DNA of 64,000 nucleotides from Deltaproteobacteria bacterium (GCA_023382265.1 JAMCPX010000008.1:84274-148273); one strand, 5' to 3'; positions 27,137-38,275 are shown, counted from the stretch's first letter. Notes: generated by a model from the letters alone, not told the origin. A program made the numbers and translations.

Positions 27137-29917
27137 CTATTTCTTAACAACCTTGGATAGGCAAGATTTCTTATGCAGTTTTTTGCAGCATATTGGAACA
27201 GCAAGAAAGAGCAGCAGGAAGAGTGCATCCCATGGATCATAGTTCTGAGTATAAGATATACTACAAGAAAAGCCCCTGTCAGGATAGAGCTTGCCTTGAA
27301 CAGGGTTTCTAAATACACCGCCCGAGATCACAAGTGCATAAGGTTGATCATTAAGCGGAGTCATGCCTTTTGGTATATTGTAGCCTTTCACTATAGCTTT
27401 ATATATGCCAACCTGCGGATGCGCAATTTCTATTTGTTGTATATTGTTTGTGTGATCGGGTTGATTAAGGCCATTTGGATAATAAATCCGGCTATCAGGT
27501 GATGCAATGGTAACATCCAATTGATTAACAATATCTCTGCTGCTTCCAGGAGAAGCAGGATAATCGCTCCATACAAGTGTCGTAATAAGGGGATCACCGT
27601 TAAGCACCTCAAATTGAAGTACTCGGTGTGCCCCTGTTGCTAAACCATTACCTTCTTTATAGTCGAATACGTGTATATGCCAGTTTTGTGAAGGTATTAA
27701 AAGTCTTGTTAGATCAATCCTTCCCCAGCCTTCAATATTGTTTGGCCTATACGGAACTTCAAGGTATTTGCCTGTTCCGTACTGCCCCGGATAAATATCC
27801 TTTGCAGTGTTTATCATCACGGCCTTAACAAGTGCGGCAGAAGGGGATGCATACCCGTTTTTTAATAACCACTGTCTTACAATGGCAGCACTACCAGCTG
27901 CAACCGGAGTTGCCATACTTGTTCCACCAAGAAACATGTACCTTTGATCCTCTAATGTTGTAGAGGATATACCCCAGAATGATTGCGAGCCCCAGCCACC
28001 TGTAACCGTATCGATTGATATATCATCAATCATAACATAATCAGATTTATTGCCGGAATCGGACACAGTAAGTCTTAACCCAAACCCATTAAGATTATCT
28101 GAGCCTGTATCGGTAAAATATGATAAAATGGGGTAGCTTGCATTATACCATCCTGCTGTTGATGTAAAAGTATCAAGGAGAATCCATGCACTCCGTGAAG
28201 GATCAAAGACCTCAAAACTCAATACCCCGGATAAAAGCCTTGTATTAACATAAAAATTAAGTTGTGCATGATGTGTTATGCTTGCAATGGAAAGTGATGT
28301 AAAAAACTGTGCATAAGATAAAACGGGAGATGTCATTGAGGTGATACCCAGCGCATAAGTGCTTTTATACCCATTAGGATAAATCATAAATCCTTGAACT
28401 GTACCTGTTATTGAAAATCCCTGAAGTCCGTTTTCAAAATCATCGGTATAGAAAATAGATTGAGACTTTGCCGACAGGATAAAAGTTCCAGGTGCTACAA
28501 GATCGGGTTTTATTCTGCCGTCATTAGCAGGACCCCTGCTTGAAAATGCCGCCATTCCATCCGGATTGTTGGCAAGCAAATCAGTGCTTATCGGCGGGAC
28601 AGGAAAACTATTGGGCCATGCAATGCCGTATGTTAAAGGTATGGAAGGCCTGAAGCTCTCCGTCGCACCAATGGTAAGACAATCCTTTGCCAGTGCAGGT
28701 GAAGAAATGCTTGATAGATCCACCACGCCGTCATTGTCAGCATCCGTTCCGTCATTGCCGGATGCAAATAAAATTAGCATGTCGGGGTGTTCCCATATAA
28801 ATTTATCAAGACTCCATGCAAGAATATCATAGGATATGATATTGGAGGTGCCCCAGCTGTCGCTGTGTATACGTGGTGCGAGAGTGTCGTTGTATGCCTG
28901 ATTAAATAAATTACCGATTACTGCAGGAATACCGTTAAAAATTCCCTGCCTATTCATTACATCTTGAAAAACAAGTTTATTGACTCCGTATGCGATCCCG
29001 TTATGGGAGATTCCAGCAAAGGGTGTTTGCTGATCATAACCGAGTATAGTATCAGCTACGTGTGTTCCATGCCCTACATCATCCTGGAAACTACCCGTAT
29101 CGGGATAACCATCTGCATATATGCTTACTTCTTTATTTAAAAACGCGGGATGAAAGTCTGTACCTGTTATATAACCGTAAAATCTATTATCCGCAGAATC
29201 ATAATTTAAGCCCGCATTACCCGTATCAAGACCGGTATCAGCTATTGCAACCGCCTGACCCGCGCCGTTATAACCGTTGATGTTTTGCTGTATAACGTCT
29301 GTAGAGAGTCTTACACCGGCAATCCATGATGCTACATCGTTAAACAATACAAAATGCGGATACGGTTGAATCCATCTAATATCGTTTGATCCTGCAAGGC
29401 TTATTATCTCATTACGTGTTAGTTTTGCATGTATAATACTATTATTTTTAGAGTGTTCAGTACTAATTACTGTCCCGCCTTCAATCATAATATCATTTAC
29501 GAGCTTCTCTCCCGATATTTGAGGGAAGCCAAGTATAAGCACATTGTAAGGAGTAGAAATATCATGGATGCGCATCATTGCAGATAATGTTGATTCGATT
29601 TTATATGGAGGTAAATATTGCCATACTCCTGTTAACCGGTTTTTTATAGAATTTAAAGTTTCCCTATTAGCTAACACCAAAAAGCTGTTTTCAGGAATAT
29701 AACCTGCAATGATATTACCGTTCTGCTTTAGAATGGTAATATCATTAGCGTATACGTGATCTTTAAATTGAATAATATACGGTTGCTTTTGATCAGACAG
29801 TGTAACATAATTTTTGTAATTCACAAGATATTTGTTGAATATAACCGGCTTTGCTTCAGCCCCGCAGCCTGTAAGGAGAAATGAAAACAAAAACCATAAA
29901 CCTACACGTATTAACAT
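27137..29917 (-). CDS. S8 subtilisin-like serine protease (Kp43-like), secreted/lipoprotein
   Basis: ADTGLD (Asp), GHGTHVA (His), GTSMATP (Ser), FSSRGP..DGRIKPDLVAPG and EGWGRID; lipobox LTGC; C-terminal TM plus basic tail. Confidence 0.9.
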   Translation of the reverse strand: MLIRVGLWFLFSFLLTGCGAEAKPVIFNKYLVNYKNYVTLSDQKQPYIIQFKDHVYANDITILKQNGNIIAGYIPENSFLVLANRETLNSIKNRLTGVWQYLPPYKIESTLSAMMRIHDISTPYNVLILGFPQISGEKLVNDIMIEGGTVISTEHSKNNSIIHAKLTRNEIISLAGSNDIRWIQPYPHFVLFNDVASWIAGVRLSTDVIQQNINGYNGAGQAVAIADTGLDTGNAGLNYDSADNRFYGYITGTDFHPAFLNKEVSIYADGYPDTGSFQDDVGHGTHVADTILGYDQQTPFAGISHNGIAYGVNKLVFQDVMNRQGIFNGIPAVIGNLFNQAYNDTLAPRIHSDSWGTSNIISYDILAWSLDKFIWEHPDMLILFASGNDGTDADNDGVVDLSSISSPALAKDCLTIGATESFRPSIPLTYGIAWPNSFPVPPISTDLLANNPDGMAAFSSRGPANDGRIKPDLVAPGTFILSAKSQSIFYTDDFENGLQGFSITGTVQGFMIYPNGYKSTYALGITSMTSPVLSYAQFFTSLSIASITHHAQLNFYVNTRLLSGVLSFEVFDPSRSAWILLDTFTSTAGWYNASYPILSYFTDTGSDNLNGFGLRLTVSDSGNKSDYVMIDDISIDTVTGGWGSQSFWGISSTTLEDQRYMFLGGTSMATPVAAGSAAIVRQWLLKNGYASPSAALVKAVMINTAKDIYPGQYGTGKYLEVPYRPNNIEGWGRIDLTRLLIPSQNWHIHVFDYKEGNGLATGAHRVLQFEVLNGDPLITTLVWSDYPASPGSSRDIVNQLDVTIASPDSRIYYPNGLNQPDHTNNIQQIEIAHPQVGIYKAIVKGYNIPKGMTPLNDQPYALVISGGVFRNPVQGKLYPDRGFSCSISYTQNYDPWDALFLLLFLAVPICCKKLHKKSCLSKVVKK

Positions 29918-29935
29918 GCTGCCAGGTATATCATT

Positions 29936-30652
29936 TTATTCTATTACATCAATAATGATTACCGTAATATTGTCGTCCCCGCCGTTTGCATTTGCAACAT
30001 CTATCAATGTGCTTGCTGCATGATAGATATCGGGCATACTTACAAGTTCTGATATTATATCATCTTTTACCATGTGAGTTAAACCGTCGCTGCAAAGTAT
30101 AAATCTGTTCCCTGGATGTATAACTATTTTTTGTGAATCCACTTTCACATATTCTGAGAACCCAATGGATCTTGTAAGAACATTGCGCATCGTGTGAGTT
30201 CCCATTTGCTCATAAGAGATAAAACCGTTTCTGAACTGTTCATTTACATACGTATGATCCTCTGTAAGCTGAACAAGTTTGCCTTCCGAAAGTAAATAAG
30301 CCCTTGAATCCCCGACATGACACAGTGTTGCACTGGCATTTTTTATGAGCATTGAGGTAACCGTTGTTCCCATGCCGGAATACTGAGTATTTCGCTTTGC
30401 CTGTTTAAAGATGTTGCCATTGGCAATATATATGGCATCACTTAAAGATGACTCGTTTAAAACTTCTTGCTTTATTATGTGTTCTTTAATGCTTTTTACC
30501 GCGATATTACTTGCCACTTCACCTGCGTTATGTCCCCCCATACCGTCTGCTACAATATAAAGTCCGATAGTATCGTCATGATAAAAGCTATCCTCGTTGC
30601 CAGTCCTTTTCATACCGACGCTAGTTTTACCGTGGGATGCCAGCTTCATCAA
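29936..30652 (-). CDS. PP2C-family Ser/Thr protein phosphatase (Stp1-like)
   Basis: NED, VADGMGGH..GEVAS, GMGTT, HVGDSRAY, LCSDGL and GGDDNIT. Confidence 0.92.
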   Translation of the reverse strand: MMKLASHGKTSVGMKRTGNEDSFYHDDTIGLYIVADGMGGHNAGEVASNIAVKSIKEHIIKQEVLNESSLSDAIYIANGNIFKQAKRNTQYSGMGTTVTSMLIKNASATLCHVGDSRAYLLSEGKLVQLTEDHTYVNEQFRNGFISYEQMGTHTMRNVLTRSIGFSEYVKVDSQKIVIHPGNRFILCSDGLTHMVKDDIISELVSMPDIYHAASTLIDVANANGGDDNITVIIIDVIE

Positions 30653-31998
30653 TTACTTCCTGCTATTTTTAGTTTTTTAACAAGTACGGATGGCGTGTAT
30701 ATGTTGCCATAAAATACAGGGGAAGGACCAAGTAATTCTATACTATTAAAAAGATCAAAAATGTTTCCCGCTACGGTTATATCCTTGAGCCCGGATGCAA
30801 ACCTGCCTGATTTGATCAGGTGTCCCCTTGCACCCAGAGAGAATTCACCCGTTACAGGATTTGCAGTATGAAGTCCCATCAGCTCGGTTATAACGGGTCC
30901 GCTGTCTAAAATCTTTTCTAAATCCCGATTAGCCTTTTTCTCGGAGTTAAGCATGATATTTGTTGTCCCGATTACCGGCGGCTGTGATATGGCATACCTT
31001 ACGGTATTTCCTGTAGAAACGGTATTCATAAGATTTGCATAATATGTATCATAAAGAAATGTTTTTACAACTCCTTGTTCTACGAGTAATTTTTTCTTTG
31101 TATCTGCACCCTCTCCATCAAAAGGCACGGAACCGGTGCCGTGCTGTAATGCAGGATCATCTACCATGTTCAAATGCTCCGGGAATACCTGCTGATTTAA
31201 TTTACTTATAAGGCTGCTTGTCTTTTTGTAAACAGCGTCTCCAAGAAATGATCTTGAAAGCACGCTAATAAACTGGGACGTTACATAAGGGCTAAGGATC
31301 GTATCATAAAATCCCGTTAATAGCTGTATACCCCCAAGTGTGTATACGGCATTTGTTGAGCAGCGGCCTCCGATCAATGCAGGGTTTAGTTCTGAGAATG
31401 TATTTGCACTCTGAAAATCCCAGTTCATCTGTGATTCGTCTCCATCCTTTGCGTATACGGAAAGGCTTATCCCGAACCTTGTGATTTTTGCCCGCCTGCT
31501 TATACCGGCAGAATTGATAATACTTATAGTTTCGACAGCCTCTTCATAAGAGGGTTTTTCTACCTTTACTATGCGTTTATCGATATGGGCTGAGTCGATC
31601 ATGTTTCTAATAAGTCCAAGCCTTGCGTCCGGAGAAATGTTATTTACAGCTTTATCGTAAAATGTACAATTCTCTTCCAATATGGTTTTGTCCTGTAAAA
31701 AAGAAAATTTTTGTTTTTCAAGTATGCTTCCTGTATAAACAGCCCTTTTTAATGCCTCTTCTATTGCGGCCTGGGAGAAATCAAAACTGAATGCAAACCC
31801 AAGCCTCTGATCCCTTAATGTTCTTAATGCAATACCATTCTCGTCAACGGTGTGCAGCCTTTCTATGGATTTATCATCCTCAAGTGAGATGGTCAGTTTT
31901 TTTGTATCCTGGATGTATGCCTCGTATCCATCAAGAGCCTGTTCTTTTGCAAGCCTTGATAATAAGGCTGACATGCTTTCAATATTATTTTTTTTCAT
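30649..31998 (-). CDS. TldD/PmbA family protein (PmbA/TldE-like)
   Basis: PFDGEG, STGN, MGLHTANPVTGEFSLG and TVAGN; no HExxGH. Confidence 0.85.
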   Translation of the reverse strand: MKKNNIESMSALLSRLAKEQALDGYEAYIQDTKKLTISLEDDKSIERLHTVDENGIALRTLRDQRLGFAFSFDFSQAAIEEALKRAVYTGSILEKQKFSFLQDKTILEENCTFYDKAVNNISPDARLGLIRNMIDSAHIDKRIVKVEKPSYEEAVETISIINSAGISRRAKITRFGISLSVYAKDGDESQMNWDFQSANTFSELNPALIGGRCSTNAVYTLGGIQLLTGFYDTILSPYVTSQFISVLSRSFLGDAVYKKTSSLISKLNQQVFPEHLNMVDDPALQHGTGSVPFDGEGADTKKKLLVEQGVVKTFLYDTYYANLMNTVSTGNTVRYAISQPPVIGTTNIMLNSEKKANRDLEKILDSGPVITELMGLHTANPVTGEFSLGARGHLIKSGRFASGLKDITVAGNIFDLFNSIELLGPSPVFYGNIYTPSVLVKKLKIAGSN

Positions 31999-32452
31999 TG
32001 GTTAACTCTAATATAAGTGCGATTTCATTGCAATCGGGAAACTGCGGACACTTGAGGCAATCACTCCATATCTTTTGAGGTAACAATGATTTATCAACAA
32101 TTCTGAATCCAAGTTTTTCAAAGAATTCAGGTTTATAGGTGAGCGCAAATACCTGGTTTATATCGTAATCCTTTGCTTCTTCTATGGATGATATGGAGAG
32201 CTCAGAGCCTATGCCTTTTCTTGCATACTCGGGCCTTACCGCAAGGGATCGTATCTCTGCGAGTCCGTCCCAGAAAATATGAAGTGCGCATACTGCGATG
32301 ATCTCATCCGTTTCAATCGTATATACATTATAATCGCGGATGTTTTCATATATCTCCAGCAGAGACCTCTGAAGCATTTCACCCTTTTTTGCATAAACTT
32401 CTATTATTCTCTGTATCTCTTTGGCATCACGAAGCCTTGCCTTCCTTATCAA
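31985..32452 (-). CDS. Short N-acetylglutamate synthase-like GNAT acetyltransferase (ArgA-like)
   Basis: IRKAR..D, LAEIRSLAV, VFALTY.PEFF and LPQKIWSDCLKCPQFPDCNE. TTG start overlaps the recN stop. Confidence 0.82.
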   Translation of the reverse strand: MIRKARLRDAKEIQRIIEVYAKKGEMLQRSLLEIYENIRDYNVYTIETDEIIAVCALHIFWDGLAEIRSLAVRPEYARKGIGSELSISSIEEAKDYDINQVFALTYKPEFFEKLGFRIVDKSLLPQKIWSDCLKCPQFPDCNEIALILELTNEKK

Positions 32453-34149
32453 GTTTGCTCCTTTATATGTTTTAAAAACTCTTTTGCCTGATTCCTTGAC
32501 AGATCCGTTATCTTTGTTCCTGACAGCATTCTTGCAATCTCTTCTATCCTTTCGTTTTCTGCAAGAACTTTTGCAGCAACTTCCGTGCTCCCGCAAGCGG
32601 CATGCTTCTGAATATTTATATGGAAATCACCGAAACCTGCTATTTGGTAGAGGTGCGTGATACAGATCACCTGATGATATTTTGAAAGCTCTTTTAATTT
32701 TTTACCGACCACCTCTGCAATGCTTCCTCCTATGCCCGTATCAATCTCATCGAATACAAGCACCGGAACTTTTGAAGCGTTTGCAAGCACCCTTTTTATA
32801 GCAAGCATAGCCCTTGAAAGTTCTCCCCCTGATATGATCTCCGTTAAAAGTTTTAGTGCAAATCCGGGGTTTGCGGAGAAATAAAACCTCACAAGATCTG
32901 TACCGGTTGCCGTTATACGCCTGTCATTTATACTTATGGCATCTTTTACATCCGTGTTCTGTATGTTAATTTCAAATTTAGCATTCTTAATACCAAGAGT
33001 TATCAACTCTTTTTCAATCTTCTTGCTCAACTCTTTTGAAACCGATTTTCTTCCATCCGAGAGTTCCATAGACTTTTTGTAAATCTGCTCTTTCATATTT
33101 ATTATATCCTGCTTTAAGCTGCTGATATACTCATCATTATGTTCGAGTTTATTAAGCTTCGTGTACATATTACCCGCATAATCCAATATGCCCTGAATAG
33201 TGTTTCCGTATTTCTTTTTAAGATTATCTATTAAAGATAGTCTCTGTTCAACATCGGCATGTCTTTGCTCATTAATCTCGACCTTTGACATATAGCTGTT
33301 TATGTCCTGCGCTATATCTTTTAATTCTGCTGCTACCGGTTCAAGCCTGATAAAAAATTCATTTAATACGGGATCAATAGATTTAATAGCTCCGATAGCT
33401 TTTATTGCCCTTACAATAATACCATGTGCCCCTGTCTCATCGTCATATATGAAATTATAAACAATGTTTAGCTCTGTTAGTATTTGTTGTGCATTTGTAA
33501 GCAGCTTATATTCATGCTCAAGCTCTTTATCTTCTCCTAATTTAAGCTTTGCCGAGTTGATCTCGGAAAACTGAAATCTCATTAATTCTTCCTGCCTTTT
33601 TACGTTATCGATATCCTGAATTAGCCTGTCATAATCATGCATTGCCGTTATCAAAGATGTGTAAAGATTTTTTACCTCGAAGGCTTTTTGTTCAAGACCC
33701 GCGTAAGCATCAAGAAGTGATACATGGTTCGCTTCATCAAGCAGGCTTTGATGCTCGTGCTGGCTATGAATATCAACAAGTAGTTTTGACAATTCCGCAA
33801 GTGTGGATAAAGTTGAGGCCGTGCCGTTTACATAAGCCCTGCTTCTGCCATGCGATGTTATTACCCTTTTTATCACAAGCTCAGAGCTTGATTCAAAACC
33901 ATGTAATTCGAGAAACGACCGGATTTCTTTATTATCTTCAATATTAAATAGTCCTTCTACGATTGCTTCCGGCACGCCATCTCTTACAATAGTTTCATCC
34001 GTTCTCCCGCCAAGAAGAGCGAGCATTCCGTCAACCATGATGGATTTGCCTGCACCCGTTTCCCCGCTGATTATGCAGAATTGTCCATCAAAAGGTATCG
34101 TAACATCACTGAAAACAGCAAGGTTCTTAAGTCTTAGAGACTTAAGCAT
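32449..34149 (-). CDS. recN: DNA repair protein RecN
   Basis: GETGAGKS, DIHSQHEHQ, SGGELSR, FDEIDTGIGG, ICITH and EIARML. Confidence 0.95.
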   Translation of the reverse strand: MLKSLRLKNLAVFSDVTIPFDGQFCIISGETGAGKSIMVDGMLALLGGRTDETIVRDGVPEAIVEGLFNIEDNKEIRSFLELHGFESSSELVIKRVITSHGRSRAYVNGTASTLSTLAELSKLLVDIHSQHEHQSLLDEANHVSLLDAYAGLEQKAFEVKNLYTSLITAMHDYDRLIQDIDNVKRQEELMRFQFSEINSAKLKLGEDKELEHEYKLLTNAQQILTELNIVYNFIYDDETGAHGIIVRAIKAIGAIKSIDPVLNEFFIRLEPVAAELKDIAQDINSYMSKVEINEQRHADVEQRLSLIDNLKKKYGNTIQGILDYAGNMYTKLNKLEHNDEYISSLKQDIINMKEQIYKKSMELSDGRKSVSKELSKKIEKELITLGIKNAKFEINIQNTDVKDAISINDRRITATGTDLVRFYFSANPGFALKLLTEIISGGELSRAMLAIKRVLANASKVPVLVFDEIDTGIGGSIAEVVGKKLKELSKYHQVICITHLYQIAGFGDFHINIQKHAACGSTEVAAKVLAENERIEEIARMLSGTKITDLSRNQAKEFLKHIKEQT

Positions 34150-34150
34150 T

Positions 34151-35005
34151 CTACCGTTCTCCCCATTTAAGTTTTTCTCTCAATATGTCGAAATAGCTTC
34201 TGTATTGAGACTTTATCAGAGTGACATAATGGGCTGATTTTTTTATTACCAATTTATGCGACTTTTTGAATGCACCCGACACCTGGCCGTCAAGTGTTAC
34301 AACTACATCCGTGTCATCCGTATCGAGTTCTATCTCTACTATTGAATCTGCAGAAAGAATAATGGGTCTGTTTGTAAGCGTATGCGGGGCTATCGGCGTT
34401 ATAATAATGCTGTCCATTGTTGGATAAACGATCGGTCCTCCCGCTGCCATTGAGTAAGCAGTTGAACCTGTTGGCGTAGATATGATAAGTCCGTCCGCAC
34501 GATATTTTGTTACATACCTGTTATCCACATTAATTTTGAGAGATACGATCCTTGCTATTGTGCTTTTTGTTATAACAGCATCATTGAGGACATAGTAGCT
34601 CATGACTTCTTTATCCTGCTCAACCACCCTTGCTGAGAGCCTCATACGTTTTTCGTACTCAGCCCTGCCCGACATAACGAGCTCTGTCGCACGATAAAGC
34701 TCATTCATTGTAATCTCTGTTAAAAATCCAAGACTTCCTATATTTACCCCTATAATCGGGATGTCCTGTGCTCCCATAAGTCTTATTGCAAGCAAAAATG
34801 TTCCGTCTCCGCCAAAGACCACAATGTTATCTGTGCCGGGAGGAATTCTGTTCTTGAAAGTCGGTATCCGGGTATTTATAGCCTGAGCCATGCTTTCCTC
34901 TATCACTATATCTATGCCAGTGTTGATCAGATAGTTTATATATTTCTCTATCTCATTATAAATGGCTACCGGTTTTTTACTTTTTATAATAATAGCAAAC
35001 TTCAT
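34151..35005 (-). CDS. nadK: NAD(+) kinase
   Basis: GGDGTFL, GSLGFL, LND and DGLIISTPTGSTAYSMAAGGP; upstream of recN. Confidence 0.93.
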   Translation of the reverse strand: MKFAIIIKSKKPVAIYNEIEKYINYLINTGIDIVIEESMAQAINTRIPTFKNRIPPGTDNIVVFGGDGTFLLAIRLMGAQDIPIIGVNIGSLGFLTEITMNELYRATELVMSGRAEYEKRMRLSARVVEQDKEVMSYYVLNDAVITKSTIARIVSLKINVDNRYVTKYRADGLIISTPTGSTAYSMAAGGPIVYPTMDSIIITPIAPHTLTNRPIILSADSIVEIELDTDDTDVVVTLDGQVSGAFKKSHKLVIKKSAHYVTLIKSQYRSYFDILREKLKWGER

Positions 35006-35066
35006 ATTTACCTTTTTACTTAATGCATTTTCTGATAACATAAATCAAGCTTAATTTTAACTAAAT

Positions 35067-36344
35067 ATGATAACACAACCTCTTGCCAATAGGTTAAGGC
35101 CCAAAACTCTTGATGAACTGGTTGGTCAGGAACAAGTTCTTGGCCCAGGTAAACCCCTGCGTCAGACCCTTGATGCAGGGATATTACCTTCAATGATTGT
35201 CTGGGGGCCGCCCGGCTCAGGGAAAACATCTTTTATAAAGATCATAACATCCAGAAATGTCTATGAAACGATCTACATGACTGCCGTATCTATCGGCACA
35301 AAAGAAATAAATAGTGTCCTTAAAGAAACAAAGGCTTTGAATTTATCAAACAAAAGGCTTGTGCTTGTGATTGATGAGCTTCAGCATCTCAACAGATCCC
35401 AGCAGGAGCTCTTACTTCCTTACGTTGAAGACGGCAGTATTATATTCATTGGAATATCAACAGAAAACCCCTCTTTTGCACTGAACCGGGCTTTATTATC
35501 GAGAACGACGATCGTTATTTTTGCCCCTCTGCATGAGCAGGCACTTGGAAGTATTATTACACGTGCAATAAAAGATTTTGAAGGTATTGAGATCAGGATA
35601 GAGAATGATGCAATGGATTACATTGTTATAAGAAGCAATGGAGATGGAAGAAAAGCACTAAATGCAATTGAACTGCTTTCCGGCATTGCAATAAAGAAAC
35701 CAGATAGAACAATAACCGTGGATGATGCAAAAAAACTTTCAGATGTATATTCATTGCCTTACGATCGAAAAGAGGACGAACATTATCATACAATATCTGC
35801 GTTTATAAAAAGCATGCGTGGCTCTGATCCGGATGCTGCTGTTTACTATCTTGCGAGAATGATAGAATCCGGAGAGGATCCGAGATTTATCTTAAGAAGG
35901 ATGATCATTTTTGCATCAGAGGATATTGGCAATGCAGATCCACTAGCTCTAACAATTGCGGTATCTGCATTCCAGGCATTTGAGATTGTAGGTATGCCCG
36001 AAGGATTTATACCAACAGCCCACGCAGTAATATACCTTGCCGGCTCCCCGAAAAGCAATTCAACTTATAAGGCTTACATCAATGCAAAGGCCTCTATTAA
36101 AGAGCAAGGGTATGTTAAAATCCCAAAACATCTTATCAACCCCGTAAACGCGTTTGGTAGAGAACAGGGCTATGGAGATGGATACAAATATCCGCATGAC
36201 TATGAAGGTGGATACGTGGAAGAACAGTATTTGCCGGATAAGCTTGTTGGTAATCATTTCTACATTCCAAAAGATATTGGTTTTGAAAAGATTATTAAGG
36301 CTCATCTTGAAAGGATAAAAAAGAGCAATAATAAACCGAAATAA
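35067..36344 (+). CDS. rarA: Replication-associated recombination protein A (MgsA)
   Basis: PLANRLRP, WGPPGSGKT, ENPSF, ISAFIKSMRGSDPDAA and SEDIGNADP. Confidence 0.93.
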   Translation: MITQPLANRLRPKTLDELVGQEQVLGPGKPLRQTLDAGILPSMIVWGPPGSGKTSFIKIITSRNVYETIYMTAVSIGTKEINSVLKETKALNLSNKRLVLVIDELQHLNRSQQELLLPYVEDGSIIFIGISTENPSFALNRALLSRTTIVIFAPLHEQALGSIITRAIKDFEGIEIRIENDAMDYIVIRSNGDGRKALNAIELLSGIAIKKPDRTITVDDAKKLSDVYSLPYDRKEDEHYHTISAFIKSMRGSDPDAAVYYLARMIESGEDPRFILRRMIIFASEDIGNADPLALTIAVSAFQAFEIVGMPEGFIPTAHAVIYLAGSPKSNSTYKAYINAKASIKEQGYVKIPKHLINPVNAFGREQGYGDGYKYPHDYEGGYVEEQYLPDKLVGNHFYIPKDIGFEKIIKAHLERIKKSNNKPK

Positions 36345-36397
36345 AGCAGCGGCTGAGGCTGATTTTAGACCGGCGGCCGATTCTCGACCCGTACCCA

Positions 36398-36868
36398 TTA
36401 TTTGGGTAGATAGTTATGAAAGTTGGAGAAAAAACCCAAAAATAAATCTTTATATTCTCTGAATATCCATACTAATACAGGAGTGATAATTATCGTGCTT
36501 ATAAGACTATAAAACACCATACGTCTTTTATTAGCACCAAGTGCCTGGAAAGCAAGTACGGTGGCAAACGTCCCTATTAGAAACGGGCCTATCACAACGG
36601 CGTAAAAAAGCCCTTTACCAGTTACAAATTTCGTAAGGGTCTTCCCCCTTTTCTTGTCAATGTATGTCTTTATTCGCGGGACACTCTCAAGCCTGTTGAT
36701 CAGAAAAACCATTATAACCGCCACTAAAAAATTAGCCAGACCGACTACGACCGTTAACCAAACCGCAGGCAACCCAAACCCAATACCAAGCGGTATTGAG
36801 ACCCCTCTGCCTGTAAGGGGATTAATCGTGGTAAAAACAACTGTCATCCATTTATCAAATATACTCAT
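36398..36868 (-). CDS. Membrane protein (small multi-drug export/COG2426-like)
   Basis: Multiple TM helices; P...RGVSIPLG motif. Confidence 0.5.
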   Translation of the reverse strand: MSIFDKWMTVVFTTINPLTGRGVSIPLGIGFGLPAVWLTVVVGLANFLVAVIMVFLINRLESVPRIKTYIDKKRGKTLTKFVTGKGLFYAVVIGPFLIGTFATVLAFQALGANKRRMVFYSLISTIIITPVLVWIFREYKDLFLGFFSNFHNYLPK

Positions 36869-36982
36869 ACTATGAGAAAATAAGTATAAATATGAAATTT
36901 GCAATCGTACCAATATCCTATGTCTGTTTTATGCGTACAAATTTGATTGCAAAAGCTGCAAGTAAATTTTATACTGCCGCCG

Positions 36983-38269
36983 ATGGATAGAAAGCTCTTA
37001 AATGAATACGATAAGCCTGCGAAAGAGCATTATTACATACTTTTCTTGAGCTGGGCAGGCTGGGTGTTTGACTTTTATGATCTTACACTCTACACTTTTC
37101 TCCTTATACCAATAGGTAAAGAACTTCACCTGACCAACATGCATCTTTCTTATATACTCGGCATTTCATTAGCTGCTACGGCCATCGGCGGTATACTATT
37201 TGGAGTACTTGCCGATTATTTCGGCAGGCGCAGCGTTTTGCAATGGACTATCATTACTTACAGTATCGGTACATTCTTGAGCGGTCTTGCACCGGATTTT
37301 AATTTCTTGATATTATTTAGAATAATTACCGGTATCGGTGTTGGCGGAGAATGGGCAACGGGTCAAACTTATGTGGGGGAGACGTTCCCGCCTAATGTAA
37401 GGGGCAGATTTGGGGCATTCATGCAGACAGGTGCACCGGTAGGTGTAGCTCTTGCAGCACTTGTTGGAGGGTTCTTATCTCCATTGATAGGCTGGCGTGC
37501 CTCATTTATGATTTCTGTACTCCCCGCCGTGCTTGTTATCATAATAAGAAGAAAGCTGCCCGAATCTGACTTATGGGAAGAACGCAAACGTTTGATAAGT
37601 TTAAATCAAGTATCATCGCAGGTTATAAAAGAGGAGACCGGCAATAACTTTTTAGAGCTGTTTTCCAAAAAATATGTTGGCATGTTTATAAAGGCGCTCC
37701 TGCTCGGCATATTCCTTATGTCTGCTTACTGGTTTACGTACTCATGGTTACCCGGTTACCTTTATGAACAAAGACATTTTTCAATTACGAAATCGGGTTT
37801 GTGGATGATCATTACACAAACAGGCGGTTTTATAGGTTATGGCACTTTTGGCTTTGTAGCCGACAGGCTGGGTAGAAGACCCGCGTTTACAATATACGCA
37901 TTTTTGATGGCAGCAGGACTTGTTATGATAACATTGATGTGGAGTTTTATTGCCAGTTATCCTTACATAATTCTTGTATTCATGTTTATGGTAGGTTTTG
38001 GTACTGGATTTTTTAGCGGCTATGGCCCGCTTATGTCGGAATTATTCCCTACAAAAATCCGGAACACAGCCATGGGAACTGCATTTAATCTTGCGCGGGG
38101 AATCCAGTTCTTCACACCAGTTATAATTGTTATTGTGTCAAGGTATTATGGGCTTGGCGGCGGGATATCTATTGCTGCACTTTTCGCCATACTCGTAGGA
38201 TTATGGGTATGGGTATTCCCGGAGACGAAAGGTAAAAAACTTACAGCGTTAACCCAAAAAATGGAATAG
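36983..38269 (+). CDS. MFS transporter (carboxylate/aromatic acid type)
   Basis: GWVFDFYD, LADYFGRR, GIGVGGEW, ADRLGRR, ELFPT and FPETKGK. Confidence 0.9.
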   Translation: MDRKLLNEYDKPAKEHYYILFLSWAGWVFDFYDLTLYTFLLIPIGKELHLTNMHLSYILGISLAATAIGGILFGVLADYFGRRSVLQWTIITYSIGTFLSGLAPDFNFLILFRIITGIGVGGEWATGQTYVGETFPPNVRGRFGAFMQTGAPVGVALAALVGGFLSPLIGWRASFMISVLPAVLVIIIRRKLPESDLWEERKRLISLNQVSSQVIKEETGNNFLELFSKKYVGMFIKALLLGIFLMSAYWFTYSWLPGYLYEQRHFSITKSGLWMIITQTGGFIGYGTFGFVADRLGRRPAFTIYAFLMAAGLVMITLMWSFIASYPYIILVFMFMVGFGTGFFSGYGPLMSELFPTKIRNTAMGTAFNLARGIQFFTPVIIVIVSRYYGLGGGISIAALFAILVGLWVWVFPETKGKKLTALTQKME

Positions 38270-38275
38270 GACACA

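Noticed and set aside
32453..32596. N-terminal extension of the GNAT ORF; likewise 41988-42176, 43196-43411, 45425-45505 and 54683-54757
   Set aside because: These overlap upstream genes or lack family similarity. Downstream starts have an SD, translational coupling or the expected family N-terminus.
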